Positions 1 to 16,038 are shown, counted from the stretch's first letter. The stretch is 64,000 nucleotides of DNA from Escherichia coli (GCF_003790525.1 NZ_CP033635.1), one strand, 5' to 3'. Notes: generated from the sequence alone by a model not told the origin. Made by a program: numbers and translations.

Positions 1-79
1 GGGACGTGGCAAAGCCGATGTCGGCAGTTTTATTACGGCGCTTAATCTCGCCATCAAAATGATTGTTAACACCCAATGA
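1..79 (+). CDS. pdxA: 4-hydroxythreonine-4-phosphate dehydrogenase PdxA, 3' end (partial, enters from window edge)
   Basis: Open frame from window edge ending ...KMIVNTQ* with stop overlapping the ksgA start codon (ATGA at 76-79), the known pdxA-ksgA arrangement. Confidence 0.55.
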
Positions 80-897
80 ATAATCGAGTCCACCAGGGCC
101 ACTTAGCCCGTAAACGCTTCGGGCAAAACTTTCTCAACGATCAGTTCGTGATCGACAGCATTGTTTCTGCCATTAACCCGCAGAAGGGCCAGGCGATGGT
201 CGAAATCGGCCCCGGTCTGGCGGCATTGACCGAACCGGTCGGCGAACGTCTGGACCAGCTGACGGTCATCGAACTTGACCGCGATCTGGCGGCACGTCTG
301 CAAACGCATCCATTCTTAGGCCCGAAACTGACGATTTATCAGCAGGATGCGATGACCTTTAACTTTGGCGAACTGGCCGAGAAAATGGGTCAGCCGCTGC
401 GTGTTTTCGGCAACCTGCCTTATAACATCTCCACGCCGTTGATGTTCCATCTGTTTAGCTATACTGATGCCATTGCCGACATGCACTTTATGTTGCAAAA
501 AGAGGTGGTGAATCGTCTGGTTGCAGGACCGAACAGCAAGGCGTATGGTCGATTAAGCGTCATGGCGCAATACTATTGCAACGTGATCCCGGTGCTGGAA
601 GTACCGCCGTCAGCCTTTACACCACCACCCAAAGTGGATTCCGCCGTCGTGCGCCTGGTTCCTCATGCAACGATGCCTCACCCGGTTAAAGATGTTCGCG
701 TGTTGAGTCGCATCACCACCGAAGCCTTTAACCAGCGTCGTAAAACCATTCGTAACAGCCTCGGCAACCTGTTTAGCGTCGAGGTGTTAACCGGAATGGG
801 GATCGACCCGGCGATGCGAGCGGAAAATATCTCTGTCGCGCAATATTGCCAGATGGCGAACTATCTGGCGGAGAACGCGCCTTTGCAGGAGAGTTAA
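76..897 (+). CDS. rsmA: 16S rRNA (adenine1518/1519-N6)-dimethyltransferase KsgA/RsmA
   Basis: 273 aa translation [30 protein letters not shown]... recognised as KsgA; conserved position upstream of apaG. Confidence 0.95.
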
Positions 898-899
898 CG

Positions 900-1277
900 A
901 TGATCAATTCGCCCCGAGTGTGTATTCAGGTTCAAAGCGTCTACATTGAGGCACAATCTTCACCTGATAATGAACGTTACGTTTTTGCTTATACCGTAAC
1001 CATACGCAATCTGGGGCGAGCGCCAGTGCAGTTGTTGGGGCGTTACTGGCTGATCACCAATGGCAATGGCCGTGAAACCGAAGTCCAGGGCGAAGGAGTG
1101 GTTGGCGTCCAGCCACTTATCGCGCCTGGCGAAGAGTACCAGTACACCAGCGGTGCAATCATTGAAACCCCGCTGGGCACCATGCAGGGTCACTACGAAA
1201 TGATCGATGAAAATGGCGTCCCTTTCAGCATCGACATTCCCGTATTCCGACTCGCCGTTCCCACACTCATTCATTAA
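900..1277 (+). CDS. apaG: ApaG (DUF525) protein
   Basis: Track ORF 846-1277 trimmed to ATG at 900 ([17 protein letters not shown]...), 125 aa, matches ApaG; 2 nt after ksgA stop. Confidence 0.9.
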   Translation: MINSPRVCIQVQSVYIEAQSSPDNERYVFAYTVTIRNLGRAPVQLLGRYWLITNGNGRETEVQGEGVVGVQPLIAPGEEYQYTSGAIIETPLGTMQGHYEMIDENGVPFSIDIPVFRLAVPTLIH

Positions 1278-1283
1278 AAGAAT

Positions 1284-2132
1284 ATGGCGACATACCTTAT
1301 TGGCGACGTTCATGGTTGTTACGATGAACTGATCGCATTGCTGCATAAAGTAGAATTTACCCCTGGGAAAGATACCCTCTGGCTGACGGGCGATCTGGTC
1401 GCGCGCGGCCCGGGTTCGCTGGATGTTCTGCGCTATGTGAAATCCTTAGGCGACAGCGTACGTCTGGTGCTGGGCAATCACGATCTGCATCTGCTGGCGG
1501 TATTTGCCGGGATCAGCCGCAATAAACCGAAAGATCGCCTGACACCGCTGCTGGAAGCGCCGGATGCCGACGAGCTGCTTAACTGGCTGCGTCGCCAGCC
1601 TTTGCTGCAAATCGACGAAGAGAAAAAGCTGGTGATGGCCCACGCCGGGATCACGCCGCAGTGGGATCTGCAGACCGCCAAAGAGTGCGCGCGCGATGTA
1701 GAAGCGGTGCTGTCGAGTGACTCCTATCCCTTCTTCCTTGATGCCATGTACGGCGATATGCCAAATAACTGGTCACCGGAATTGCGGGGGCTGGGAAGAC
1801 TGCGGTTTATCACCAACGCCTTTACCCGGATGCGTTTTTGCTTCCCGAACGGTCAACTGGATATGTACAGCAAAGAATCGCCGGAAGAGGCCCCTGCCCC
1901 ACTGAAACCGTGGTTTGCGATTCCTGGCCCCGTCGCTGAAGAATACAGCATCGCCTTTGGTCACTGGGCATCGCTGGAGGGCAAAGGTACGCCGGAAGGT
2001 ATTTACGCGCTGGATACCGGCTGCTGTTGGGGCGGGACATTAACCTGCCTGCGCTGGGAAGATAAACAGTATTTTGTCCAGCCGTCGAACCGGCATAAAG
2101 ATATGGGTGAGGGAGAGGCGGCCGCGTCTTAA
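1284..2132 (+). CDS. apaH: Bis(5'-nucleosyl)-tetraphosphatase (symmetrical) ApaH
   Basis: 282 aa [23 protein letters not shown]... metallophosphatase motifs GDxHG/GDxxxRG/GNHD; recognised as ApaH. Confidence 0.95.
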   Translation: MATYLIGDVHGCYDELIALLHKVEFTPGKDTLWLTGDLVARGPGSLDVLRYVKSLGDSVRLVLGNHDLHLLAVFAGISRNKPKDRLTPLLEAPDADELLNWLRRQPLLQIDEEKKLVMAHAGITPQWDLQTAKECARDVEAVLSSDSYPFFLDAMYGDMPNNWSPELRGLGRLRFITNAFTRMRFCFPNGQLDMYSKESPEEAPAPLKPWFAIPGPVAEEYSIAFGHWASLEGKGTPEGIYALDTGCCWGGTLTCLRWEDKQYFVQPSNRHKDMGEGEAAAS

Positions 2133-2156
2133 CGCTTTACCATTCAGGGAGGAATA

Positions 2157-2756
2157 ATGGCTGACTATTTTGAAATACGTGCTGATTACAATCAGCACAC
2201 CATCACGGTTTATCAGGCTTACAATGATGCAATCGCTGACGTCGCCGTACGTGACGGGCGATTTGGCGCACCTTTTTCATTCAACCGCATGACCTGGATT
2301 AAACCCTCTTTTATGTGGATGATGGAGCGTAGCAACTGGGGACTGAAAAAAGATCAACAACGCATTCTCGCAATCCGAATCAAACGCACCTTCTTTGATA
2401 CATTGCTGGAACAAGCGGTGCTAACCACGCCGGAAGCCCATGTCTATCCACATGCAGGAGTTTGGGAAACGTTATTTGCGCAAGCAAATGTATATGTTCA
2501 GTGGGACCCAGAACGCAGCATAAATGGCAAAAAACTGGAGCACCGATCATTACAGCTTGGTATTTCTCGTAACTTGATCAGTCAATTTAACGAAGACGCC
2601 ATTGTTGCCATTGATGATCTGACGCCGCTGGTGCGAAAGTGTCATAACCTTTTGATAAACGGTAAAACAACACAGGCGAAATCCTTCCTGCCGCCAGAAA
2701 AAATTTATCCTGTTAGTGCAACTGCAAGAAAGGCTTGGGGAATGAAAAATTCCTGA
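2157..2756 (+). CDS. Hypothetical protein, accessory (199 aa; Trp/aromatic rich; possibly DUF4291-like, from memory only)
   Basis: Complete ORF with strong RBS (GGGAGG, 7 nt spacer) 24 nt after apaH stop; AT-rich relative to flanking core genes; no counterpart at this position in the K-12 layout as I remember it. Confidence 0.6.
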   Translation: MADYFEIRADYNQHTITVYQAYNDAIADVAVRDGRFGAPFSFNRMTWIKPSFMWMMERSNWGLKKDQQRILAIRIKRTFFDTLLEQAVLTTPEAHVYPHAGVWETLFAQANVYVQWDPERSINGKKLEHRSLQLGISRNLISQFNEDAIVAIDDLTPLVRKCHNLLINGKTTQAKSFLPPEKIYPVSATARKAWGMKNS

Positions 2757-2791
2757 GACAAATACGCGCCTATTAAGCGGAAAATATCTAA

Positions 2792-3241
2792 GTGCGACAA
2801 ATCAACGCCGGGCTTAATACCAGAGAAATTATTCTGGAAATGATTGACGAAGCAGATGAACCCCCGTTTGCTGAGCAGCGAACCTGGCATCGCAGGCGAA
2901 TCGCTTTTCTTTGTGAGTGCATCAGCGTTGCTGTCGACTACGGCTTCTTCTGTTCTGTCTCTCAGCAGTCAATAATGAACATAACCAGGATGGCTGAAGA
3001 TGTATGGATAACAGAAAGTAAAACGACCCAACTCATTGATATCTGGCAGCAACTTAAGCAGCTTTATCCGCCAGAAACTATTCCCTATACCCAGCAGTTA
3101 CCCGCTAAAGAATTGCTTGAACTGCTACTTTCCAGTCCTGACGATCTTCGAATAATTGAAATCCCTGACATCATCGGCGATGTTTTTGATGACCAAACCT
3201 GGATTCGATTATTCAAAAAACACTTTGCTGATGTTATCTAA
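2792..3241 (+). CDS. Hypothetical acidic protein, accessory (149 aa from GTG; alternative ATG start at 2836)
   Basis: ORF 36 nt downstream of the previous ORF, same strand; D/E-rich composition; start codon uncertain (GTG at 2792 or ATG at 2836, both with weak RBS). Confidence 0.45.
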   Translation: MRQINAGLNTREIILEMIDEADEPPFAEQRTWHRRRIAFLCECISVAVDYGFFCSVSQQSIMNITRMAEDVWITESKTTQLIDIWQQLKQLYPPETIPYTQQLPAKELLELLLSSPDDLRIIEIPDIIGDVFDDQTWIRLFKKHFADVI

Positions 3242-3557
3242 CTACGATGTGATGTGTAACAATCTAAAATACATCGCCAGACGACAGACCAAAAAGAAAG
3301 TATTTAGCAGATACTCAACATTCTGACTTCTGTACAGAAATAGCAGAGTTTAAAAACTTAAAATTTCCGGTACTCATCAGAGAAACATCCTGTTTCTTCT
3401 GCAAGTTCATTTAATGCCGAGATGGCATCCTCGTTTACTTCAGTCCACTGTAGAGTGGCTTGAGGGTTTAGACCTACGCAATGAGCGCGACTCACAAAAT
3501 CGCGCTCACTGGTAAAATCAGACGTCTTATCGTTCAATTTGTAGTCATAGCAAAAAC

Positions 3558-6083
<2,526 letters not shown>

Positions 6084-6091
<8 letters not shown>

Positions 6092-6614
6092 GATGTGCCT
6101 CCTGCCATTCCAGCAGACGTTGCTTATAGTGACGCGCCTGTCCTTCGAGGGTTTCGTCGTCACAAATAAAGGTGCAGTGCATGGCAAACGGTGGCAGCCA
6201 GTTCAGCCCGCAGTAGATTGCCGTCGCCTGTAGCGGCTGCGACAGCACATCAAAGCCCGGATGCGCACCAATCTCAAAATGGCTTTCCCCACCGCCGGTC
6301 GTCACCGCCCACAGCAAATGTTTGCCATGCAGCGCCGTGCCGCCGTGACCGTAAGCCCAGCCGTGCGAGAAGACTTTATCGATCCAAAGTTTGAGGAGCG
6401 GTGGAATGCTGTACCACTGCATCGGGTGCTGCCAGACGATCAGATCGGCGCGAGACAGCGCCTCCTGCTCGGCGGCAATATCGATATTGAAGTCAGGATA
6501 GAGTTGATAAAGAGAGCGAATTTCGACGCCTTCCAGCGTCCTTGCCTGTTCAAGCATCCGTTTATTCGCATGGGAATGATGCGGATACGGATGCGCATAA
6601 ATTATAAGAATCAT
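6084..6614 (-). CDS. kefF: KefC ancillary protein / quinone oxidoreductase KefF
   Basis: 176 aa [25 protein letters not shown]... flavodoxin-like NAD(P)H oxidoreductase immediately upstream of kefC. Confidence 0.9.
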
Positions 6615-6721
6615 AGGTAGCCCGCGTGATTACGCCTTTGTTTTCCCACAAAGTGTAGTCATATATTCACGCGGCTTATAGTCAATAATATTGATTCAGA
6701 AAAGAGAGAAATCTGAACAAA

Positions 6722-8053
6722 TTACCCCATTCTCTGCCCGCGGATCGTCATATTGCTGGTCTGCGCCAGTGACATCCCTCGAGTCTCCGGAGCAAACGCT
6801 ACGGAAATCAACAAGCCAAATAGCGAGATACCCGCCCCCATCAGCATGGTGCTACTGATGCCGTAATTATTGATAAAGATTGGCAGTGCCCAGGTCGAAA
6901 CAATGGTGCCAATACGGCTTAAGGACATAATCACGCCCACGGCAGAGGCGCGGATATCCGTCGGGAAGAGTTCATTAGGATAGAGCCACTGCAAATTACC
7001 CGGCCCGCCAGAGAAAAAGGCATACACCGCAAATGCCATCACTACCAGCCAGATCCCCATATCCGGGATCAGCCCCAAAACCGCCAGCGCCAGCGTCATC
7101 ATGGCAAAACTGCCAATCAACAATGGACGCCGTCCGGCGGTGTTTAACCACAGCATCGGCGGAATACAGCCAAGCATAAAGAACAGGCTAATCACCACAT
7201 TCCCCAACGCCGCGTTTTTGCCAACTCCCAATCCCAACAAACCAACGATTTGCGGGCCAAAGGTGTAAATGGCGAACATGGGGATCACCTGGCAGGTCCA
7301 GATGGCGGCAACAAACAGAACAAAAGGAAAATGGCGGCGATTAAACAGATCGCGAAAACGGGTTTGCTGCGGCTGCTCTTCATCGAAAGCCACCGGTTCG
7401 CCAAACAGTTTTATCATCATCTCTTCGCACTCTTTTACTCGCCCTTTGCGTAACAACCAGCGGGGAGATTCAGGCAGTTCGAATCGACCAATCAAAATCA
7501 ACAAACAGGGGATCGCTGCGCTACCCAGCATCCAGCGCCAACCACCTTCCACATCATAAAGCCAGTAACCGACCAGATCGGCGCAGGTCGCGCCGACATA
7601 CCACATCGCGGCAATAAAGCTGATGGAAAACGCCCGCTGACGGGTACTGGAGAACTCGGTGATCATTGAGGTGGCGATGGGATAATCCGCACCGATGACA
7701 ATGCCGATAAGTACCCGCATCACCAACAGTTCGACGGGGGATGAGACAAACATCGTCGCCACAGATATCACGCCGATGGCGATGATATCAATGAGGAACA
7801 TTTTGCGCCGTCCGACTTTATCGGAGATATAGCCAAACAGCGATGTGCCAACGAACAGCCCGGCGAGCGTTCCCGCGCCCAGCAAGCCAATCCAGTCAGC
7901 GTCCAGTTTCAGCGCCGGAGTCAGTTGCTCCAGCGCCACGCCAATCATTACCAGTACATAACCATCCAGAAACGGACCACCGCTTCCCCACAGCAAAATG
8001 CGGCGGTGAATAGAGGAGAATTTAAGATCGTCAAAGTTTCTGGACGGTTGCAT
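6722..8053 (-). CDS. yaaU: MFS transporter YaaU
   Basis: 443 aa multi-pass membrane protein with MFS sugar-transporter-like motifs; conserved position between kefF and fixX. Confidence 0.85.
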   Translation of the reverse strand: MQPSRNFDDLKFSSIHRRILLWGSGGPFLDGYVLVMIGVALEQLTPALKLDADWIGLLGAGTLAGLFVGTSLFGYISDKVGRRKMFLIDIIAIGVISVATMFVSSPVELLVMRVLIGIVIGADYPIATSMITEFSSTRQRAFSISFIAAMWYVGATCADLVGYWLYDVEGGWRWMLGSAAIPCLLILIGRFELPESPRWLLRKGRVKECEEMMIKLFGEPVAFDEEQPQQTRFRDLFNRRHFPFVLFVAAIWTCQVIPMFAIYTFGPQIVGLLGLGVGKNAALGNVVISLFFMLGCIPPMLWLNTAGRRPLLIGSFAMMTLALAVLGLIPDMGIWLVVMAFAVYAFFSGGPGNLQWLYPNELFPTDIRASAVGVIMSLSRIGTIVSTWALPIFINNYGISSTMLMGAGISLFGLLISVAFAPETRGMSLAQTSNMTIRGQRMG

Positions 8054-8111
8054 GGGTTATTCCTGTTTTTTTGCAATGAGAGTCAGTACGGCGTTACGTA
8101 TCAAACCAACA

Positions 8112-8399
8112 TCAGCCGTAACGGAACTCCACACCAAAGGTGCCGCGCGGGTATTCCCACTGTTCCAGCGCCGACCCCAGCCCCAGAATGCGACAGGTGC
8201 CGCACTCCAGACATCCGGCGTAATCGAAGCGCACACTGCCGTCATCCTGCTTCTTGTACAGACCTGCGGGGCACGCTTTCACCAGCAGCTCCAGCGCCTG
8301 TTTATCGGCATCGGCCTTCACAACAATGTGCGGATGCTCTTCATCGACATTGAATTTATTGACGCCCAGTTTGACGTCCACATTGACGGGAGAAGTCAT
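8112..8399 (-). CDS. fixX: Ferredoxin-like protein FixX
   Basis: 95 aa with CPAGLY...CLECGTC ferredoxin motifs; overlaps fixC stop by 4 nt. Confidence 0.9.
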   Translation of the reverse strand: MTSPVNVDVKLGVNKFNVDEEHPHIVVKADADKQALELLVKACPAGLYKKQDDGSVRFDYAGCLECGTCRILGLGSALEQWEYPRGTFGVEFRYG

Positions 8400-9682
8400 A
8401 AAACGGTCACTCCTTTCATGCCATCCTTGATCAGATTGATGAAGCCCACTTTCTTGCCGTGGCGGAGGATTTTCTTGCGCATCAGTTCCGGCGCACTGCC
8501 GTCAATGGTGAACAGGTCACGCGCCACGCCCACCGCCAGTTCCGGGTAGCCGTTAAACATGCGTGGGTTATCAAGGAACGCCGGTAGTTTCTGGTACATG
8601 CGCATATCGCGCAGCGGGCCACTCTCAAGATGCTGACGATATTCCGCGAGTTTTTGCTTACTGAAATCGTCGCTTTTCATCGCTGAAAGCACAGTTTTTG
8701 CTGCTGCTTCCCCGGCGGCAATCGCCAGATCCATACCGCGAATGGTAAAACCGAGGTTCATACACATTCCGGCGGCATCACCGGCAATCAGTACGCCGTC
8801 ACCAACCAACTCCGGCAGCATGTTGATGCCTGCTTCCGGCACTACGTGAGCGGAATATTCCACCAGCTTGCCGCCTGCGATCAGCGGTGCAACGGCCGGA
8901 TGTTGTTTGAAATCTTCCAGCATTTGCGGCACCGATTTTTTTGCGTCATGCAGATGATGCAAACCACAAACCAGCCCCAGCGACAGGGTATTTTCATTGG
9001 TATAAAGGAAGCCACCGCCCATCAGGCCATCGGTGGGTGATCCCGCAAACAGGCAAGCCGCGCCCTGATTACCCTGCAACTGAAAACGGTCTTCGATAAC
9101 CGACTTCGGTAACTCGATCAGTTCCTTCACGCCAACCGCCACATCCGTCGGTTTAACGCGTTTTGCCATCCCCAGCTTTTCGGCAAGGATGGAATTCACC
9201 CCATCAGCAAGGATCACCGTTTTCGCTTCAATCACATCGCCATCAGCTTCTACGCCGACAACTTTGCCATCGCGCTGTACGAGGTTATCGACGCGGATCC
9301 CGGTAATTAACTGCGCGTCCGCTTCTTCGGCCTGCTCCATCAGCCAGGCATCAAATTTACTGCGCAAAACGGAGTAAGAACGCTGGGATGGCGAGGTTTC
9401 GTCGCCATTGCAGTAGTCCATAGTCATCGCTGACTTTTCCGTCATAAACGCGAGTTTTTCATGGGTGATCAGGCGTTCTACGGGGGCGGAGTCAGCGAAA
9501 CCAGGAATAATGTGTTCCAGACTGTGGGCATAGAGACGCCCGCCGGTGACGTTCTTGGCACCTGCGGAATTGCCTCGCTCGATAACTAACACTTGCGCAC
9601 CTTCGCGGGCGAGCACCAGTGCGGCAACCGAACCGGCAAGCCCTGCACCGACGATGATGGCGTCAAAGATATCTTCGGACAT
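8396..9682 (-). CDS. fixC: Flavoprotein oxidoreductase FixC (ETF-QO-like)
   Basis: 428 aa, N-terminal FAD-binding GxGxxG (IVGAGLAGSVAA); downstream of fixB. Confidence 0.9.
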   Translation of the reverse strand: MSEDIFDAIIVGAGLAGSVAALVLAREGAQVLVIERGNSAGAKNVTGGRLYAHSLEHIIPGFADSAPVERLITHEKLAFMTEKSAMTMDYCNGDETSPSQRSYSVLRSKFDAWLMEQAEEADAQLITGIRVDNLVQRDGKVVGVEADGDVIEAKTVILADGVNSILAEKLGMAKRVKPTDVAVGVKELIELPKSVIEDRFQLQGNQGAACLFAGSPTDGLMGGGFLYTNENTLSLGLVCGLHHLHDAKKSVPQMLEDFKQHPAVAPLIAGGKLVEYSAHVVPEAGINMLPELVGDGVLIAGDAAGMCMNLGFTIRGMDLAIAAGEAAAKTVLSAMKSDDFSKQKLAEYRQHLESGPLRDMRMYQKLPAFLDNPRMFNGYPELAVGVARDLFTIDGSAPELMRKKILRHGKKVGFINLIKDGMKGVTVL

Positions 9683-9732
9683 AAGAGCTCCCTGTCAGCG
9701 GCAGGGCCAAAATGCAGCCCTGCCAGAGTGGA

Positions 9733-10674
9733 TCAACGCGCTAAAGCTGCGGTCAGTGCCGGAAGGATTTTCACGGCGTCGCCAACAATGCCGTAATCCG
9801 CGTACTGGAAGATCGGCGCATTTTTATCTTTGTTGATGGCGAAAATGGTTTGCGACGCATTAGCGCCAACCATGTGCTGGATCTGCCCGGAGATCCCCAC
9901 CGCCAGGTACAGTTCAGGTTTCAGCATCAGGTTGGAGATACCGACATAGCGTTCGTGCTCCATCCATTTTTCGTTTTCCGCCACCGGACGAGAACAGGCC
10001 AGCTCCGCACCTATCGCCTTACAAAGCTGTTCTGCCAGCGCAATGTTCTCTTTGCTGCCAATACCGCGACCGACGCTGACCACCAGTCGGGCTTTGTCGA
10101 GATCGACGCTGTTGCTCTGACGCGCCTGGGTTGCCGTGCGGGTAATCGCCACAGCCGGAGCCTGCCACTCCACGGTGTGCGTTTCGCCAGTGCGTGACGC
10201 GTCTGGCTGAGCCGCATCGAACGTGCCGCTGCTGATGGTCAGTACCGCATACGGCGTGGCAATGCGTTCTTCGCCAATCGCCAGACCGCCGTAAACCATG
10301 TGTTTCACTGTCGCTTTACCGTCCTGTACGCTGACGGTGCTGGCATCGTTAGACACCGCCGCTTTAAGGCGATAACCCAGTTTTGCCGCCAGTAATTTGC
10401 CGCGACGGGTGTTTGGCAACAGCACCAGACCGTCTGCGCCGTGCTGGCGAATAGTGTCAGCCATGACACCGGCGTAATCTTCGATCATCCGCTCGTCCGG
10501 TTTGCCGCTTAATTTCCAGACATGATTAGCGCCGAGCTGGATTGCCTGTGCGCCGTCGGCATCATTGAGGACAAAAGTGTTGATTTGATTAGCTAAAGCC
10601 TGCGCACCGTTCATCAGTTCCGGCAGACGAGAAGGGGTATCGCTGAATACCCAGACTTGAGAAAACGTGTTCAT
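9733..10674 (-). CDS. fixB: Electron transfer flavoprotein alpha subunit FixB
   Basis: 313 aa ETF alpha-like sequence; fixABCX order. Confidence 0.9.
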   Translation of the reverse strand: MNTFSQVWVFSDTPSRLPELMNGAQALANQINTFVLNDADGAQAIQLGANHVWKLSGKPDERMIEDYAGVMADTIRQHGADGLVLLPNTRRGKLLAAKLGYRLKAAVSNDASTVSVQDGKATVKHMVYGGLAIGEERIATPYAVLTISSGTFDAAQPDASRTGETHTVEWQAPAVAITRTATQARQSNSVDLDKARLVVSVGRGIGSKENIALAEQLCKAIGAELACSRPVAENEKWMEHERYVGISNLMLKPELYLAVGISGQIQHMVGANASQTIFAINKDKNAPIFQYADYGIVGDAVKILPALTAALAR

Positions 10675-10688
10675 AGCATCCCCTGTAA

Positions 10689-11459
10689 TTAAATGACTTT
10701 GCGAAGATTTTCAGCAAATGCGGCGATCTGTTCTTCGCCGTCGCCTTCAATCACGATGCGCTGACGCTCGCGCTGTTTCGGCGCGGCAACCTGTTGTTCT
10801 GACCAGGCTGCCTCTGCGTTAAAACCGATATCCGCCGCCGACCATACCTGGACTGGCTTTTTCGCCGCGCCGAGAATGGCTTTCATCGAAGGAATTTGTG
10901 GGGAGTTGATATCAGTGGAAACAGCAACAACCGCAGGCAGCGGAATGCTTAAGGTTTCGGTTTCATCTTCCAGTTCGCGCTCAACGGTGAGGGTATCTGC
11001 CGTCAGGGAGATAATTTTGCTGACGCCGTTAACTGCCGGAATATTGAGGATTTCGCCTACCAGCAAACCAACCTGCTGGGCATAAAGGTCGGAAGAACCA
11101 TCGCCACAGAGGATCAAATCAAAGCCTGCTTTCTGGGCGGCGGCAGCCAGTGCGCTCGCCGTTTGTTGCGGCAGTGCCTGCTCGAACTGGTCATCAATCA
11201 CCACAATCAGTTCATCCGGACCGCGCGATAGCACATCTTTACGCCCTTTGGCGTTGGTCAGGGCTTTTCCGCCCACACTTAAGGCCGTCACCTGCCCCTC
11301 TGCTGCCTGTTGCTTTAGCTGGCAAGCCGCTTCAATAGCGTTGAGATCGTATTGGCTTATTTTGGCATCGGCTTTACTGAAGTCTAACGAACCATCAGCA
11401 TTATTGACCGCAATATCCTGTTCATCAGGCACGCACTTATAGCAAGTAATAATCTTCAT
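10689..11459 (-). CDS. fixA: Electron transfer flavoprotein beta subunit FixA
   Basis: Track ORF trimmed to [18 protein letters not shown]..., 256 aa ETF beta-like. Confidence 0.9.
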   Translation of the reverse strand: MKIITCYKCVPDEQDIAVNNADGSLDFSKADAKISQYDLNAIEAACQLKQQAAEGQVTALSVGGKALTNAKGRKDVLSRGPDELIVVIDDQFEQALPQQTASALAAAAQKAGFDLILCGDGSSDLYAQQVGLLVGEILNIPAVNGVSKIISLTADTLTVERELEDETETLSIPLPAVVAVSTDINSPQIPSMKAILGAAKKPVQVWSAADIGFNAEAAWSEQQVAAPKQRERQRIVIEGDGEEQIAAFAENLRKVI

Positions 11460-11553
11460 TGCATCTCCAGAAATCATGAAGGAAACGTCGTTCATATCGG
11501 TGGTGTTAATTACAGATATCACGCCCTTTAATTCGGAAATAAAACTTTAATCA

Positions 11554-11681
11554 CCAATATTGAAAATGTCACACGCAGATAAATCCAACTTTCAATATTG
11601 TTAAGCTCCTCACCAATATTGAAAACATGGCGTAGCAAAAAGAAATTTTCAATATTGTTTTATGGATCACCAATATTGAAA
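11554..11681. promoter_or_regulatory. Divergent cai/fix control region with two CaiF-type operators (inverted half-sites TTCAATATTG / CAATATTGAA separated by 13 bp) plus one extra half-site
   Basis: Half-sites at 11591-11600/11614-11623 and 11648-11657/11671-11680 with exactly 13-bp spacers; additional lone CAATATTGAA at 11554-11563; matches the published description of CaiF sites as inverted repeats separated by 13 bp. Confidence 0.5.
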
Positions 11682-11928
11682 GTCAGATGCTATTTTTTTA
11701 CTCACAATCAAACTCATCACATTGATAAACAATGAATATTTACACAAAAACGCCCTGTTTTTACCCGATAAAAAACTGTGACTAACATCACAGAATGCAG
11801 CCAATTGAATACCCATTATGAGTTAGCCATTAACGCGTCCACGAGGTTAATAATAATTATATTAAATGTTAACAAAAATAAAACAAACGGGAACGCAAAA
11901 TAAATATTCGTTTTCACAGTGGAATTAA

Positions 11929-13446
<1,518 letters not shown>

Positions 13447-13476
13447 TTAACCCCCAAAATATCAAGAGGTTGAAAG

Positions 13477-14619
13477 ATGGATTTTAATTTAAATGATGAG
13501 CAGGAACTGTTTGTCGCCGGTATCCGCGAACTGATGGCCAGCGAAAACTGGGAGGCCTATTTTGCCGAGTGCGACCGTGACAGCGTCTACCCGGAACGTT
13601 TTGTCAAAGCACTGGCGGATATGGGTATCGACAGTCTGCTGATCCCTGAAGAGCACGGTGGTCTGGACGCGGGGTTTGTTACTCTCGCCGCCGTGTGGAT
13701 GGAGCTGGGACGTCTGGGGGCACCAACCTATGTGCTGTACCAGTTGCCGGGCGGGTTCAATACCTTCCTGCGCGAAGGCACACAAGAGCAGATCGACAAG
13801 ATTATGGCTTTCCGCGGCACCGGTAAGCAGATGTGGAACTCAGCGATTACCGAACCGGGTGCGGGCTCCGACGTGGGTAGCCTGAAAACGACTTATACCC
13901 GTAGAAATGGTAAGATTTATCTTAATGGTAGTAAGTGTTTTATTACCAGTAGCGCCTACACCCCGTACATCGTGGTGATGGCGCGCGACGGGGCTTCTCC
14001 GGACAAACCTGTCTACACCGAATGGTTTGTTGATATGAGCAAACCGGGCATCAAAGTGACCAAACTTGAAAAGCTCGGTCTGCGTATGGATAGCTGCTGT
14101 GAAATCACTTTTGACGACGTGGAACTGGACGAGAAAGACATGTTCGGTCGGGAAGGTAACGGCTTTAACCGCGTCAAAGAAGAGTTCGACCATGAACGTT
14201 TCCTGGTAGCCCTGACCAACTACGGTACGGCGATGTGCGCCTTTGAAGATGCGGCGCGCTACGCCAACCAGCGTGTGCAGTTTGGCGAGGCTATTGGTCG
14301 TTTCCAGTTGATTCAGGAAAAATTCGCCCACATGGCGATCAAATTAAACTCCATGAAAAACATGCTGTATGAAGCAGCGTGGAAAGCAGACAACGGCACC
14401 ATCACCTCTGGCGATGCAGCGATGTGCAAATACTTCTGCGCCAATGCGGCATTTGAAGTGGTGGATAGCGCAATGCAGGTGCTGGGCGGTGTCGGGATTG
14501 CGGGCAACCACCGCATCAGCCGCTTCTGGCGTGACCTGCGTGTAGACCGCGTTTCCGGAGGATCTGACGAAATGCAGATCCTGACGCTGGGTCGCGCGGT
14601 GCTGAAGCAATACCGCTAA
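13477..14619 (+). CDS. caiA: Crotonobetainyl-CoA reductase/dehydrogenase CaiA
   Basis: 380 aa acyl-CoA dehydrogenase family sequence. Confidence 0.95.
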
Positions 14620-14620
14620 G

Positions 14621-14722
14621 TCCGTGCGCTGCCTGATGCGACGCTGACGCGTCTTATCAGACCTACGGGAGCACGAATGTAGGCCGGATAAAGCGTTTAC
14701 GCCGCATCCGGCAGTCATTCGC
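14621..14722. repeat. REP/BIME-type repetitive extragenic palindromes
   Basis: GC-rich imperfect palindromes ...gcctgatgcgacgctgacgcgtcttatcag...gtaggccggataa...gccgcatccggc in caiA-caiB intergenic region. Confidence 0.6.
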
Positions 14723-14729
14723 TACATAA

Positions 14730-15965
<1,236 letters not shown>

Positions 15966-16038
15966 ACGCGTGGCGTCAGTCAGCTTGCCTGACTAGCGCC
16001 CGCCCAATAACAAACGAACAAAAATGGATAGAGGTGCA

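Noticed and set aside
11545-11690. Possible CRISPR-like or miniature-repeat array (repeated CACCAATATTGAAA)
   Set aside because: Only 2-3 copies, palindromic, with 13-bp-spaced inverted half-sites in a divergent promoter region; fits transcription-factor operators (CaiF), not CRISPR or MITEs.
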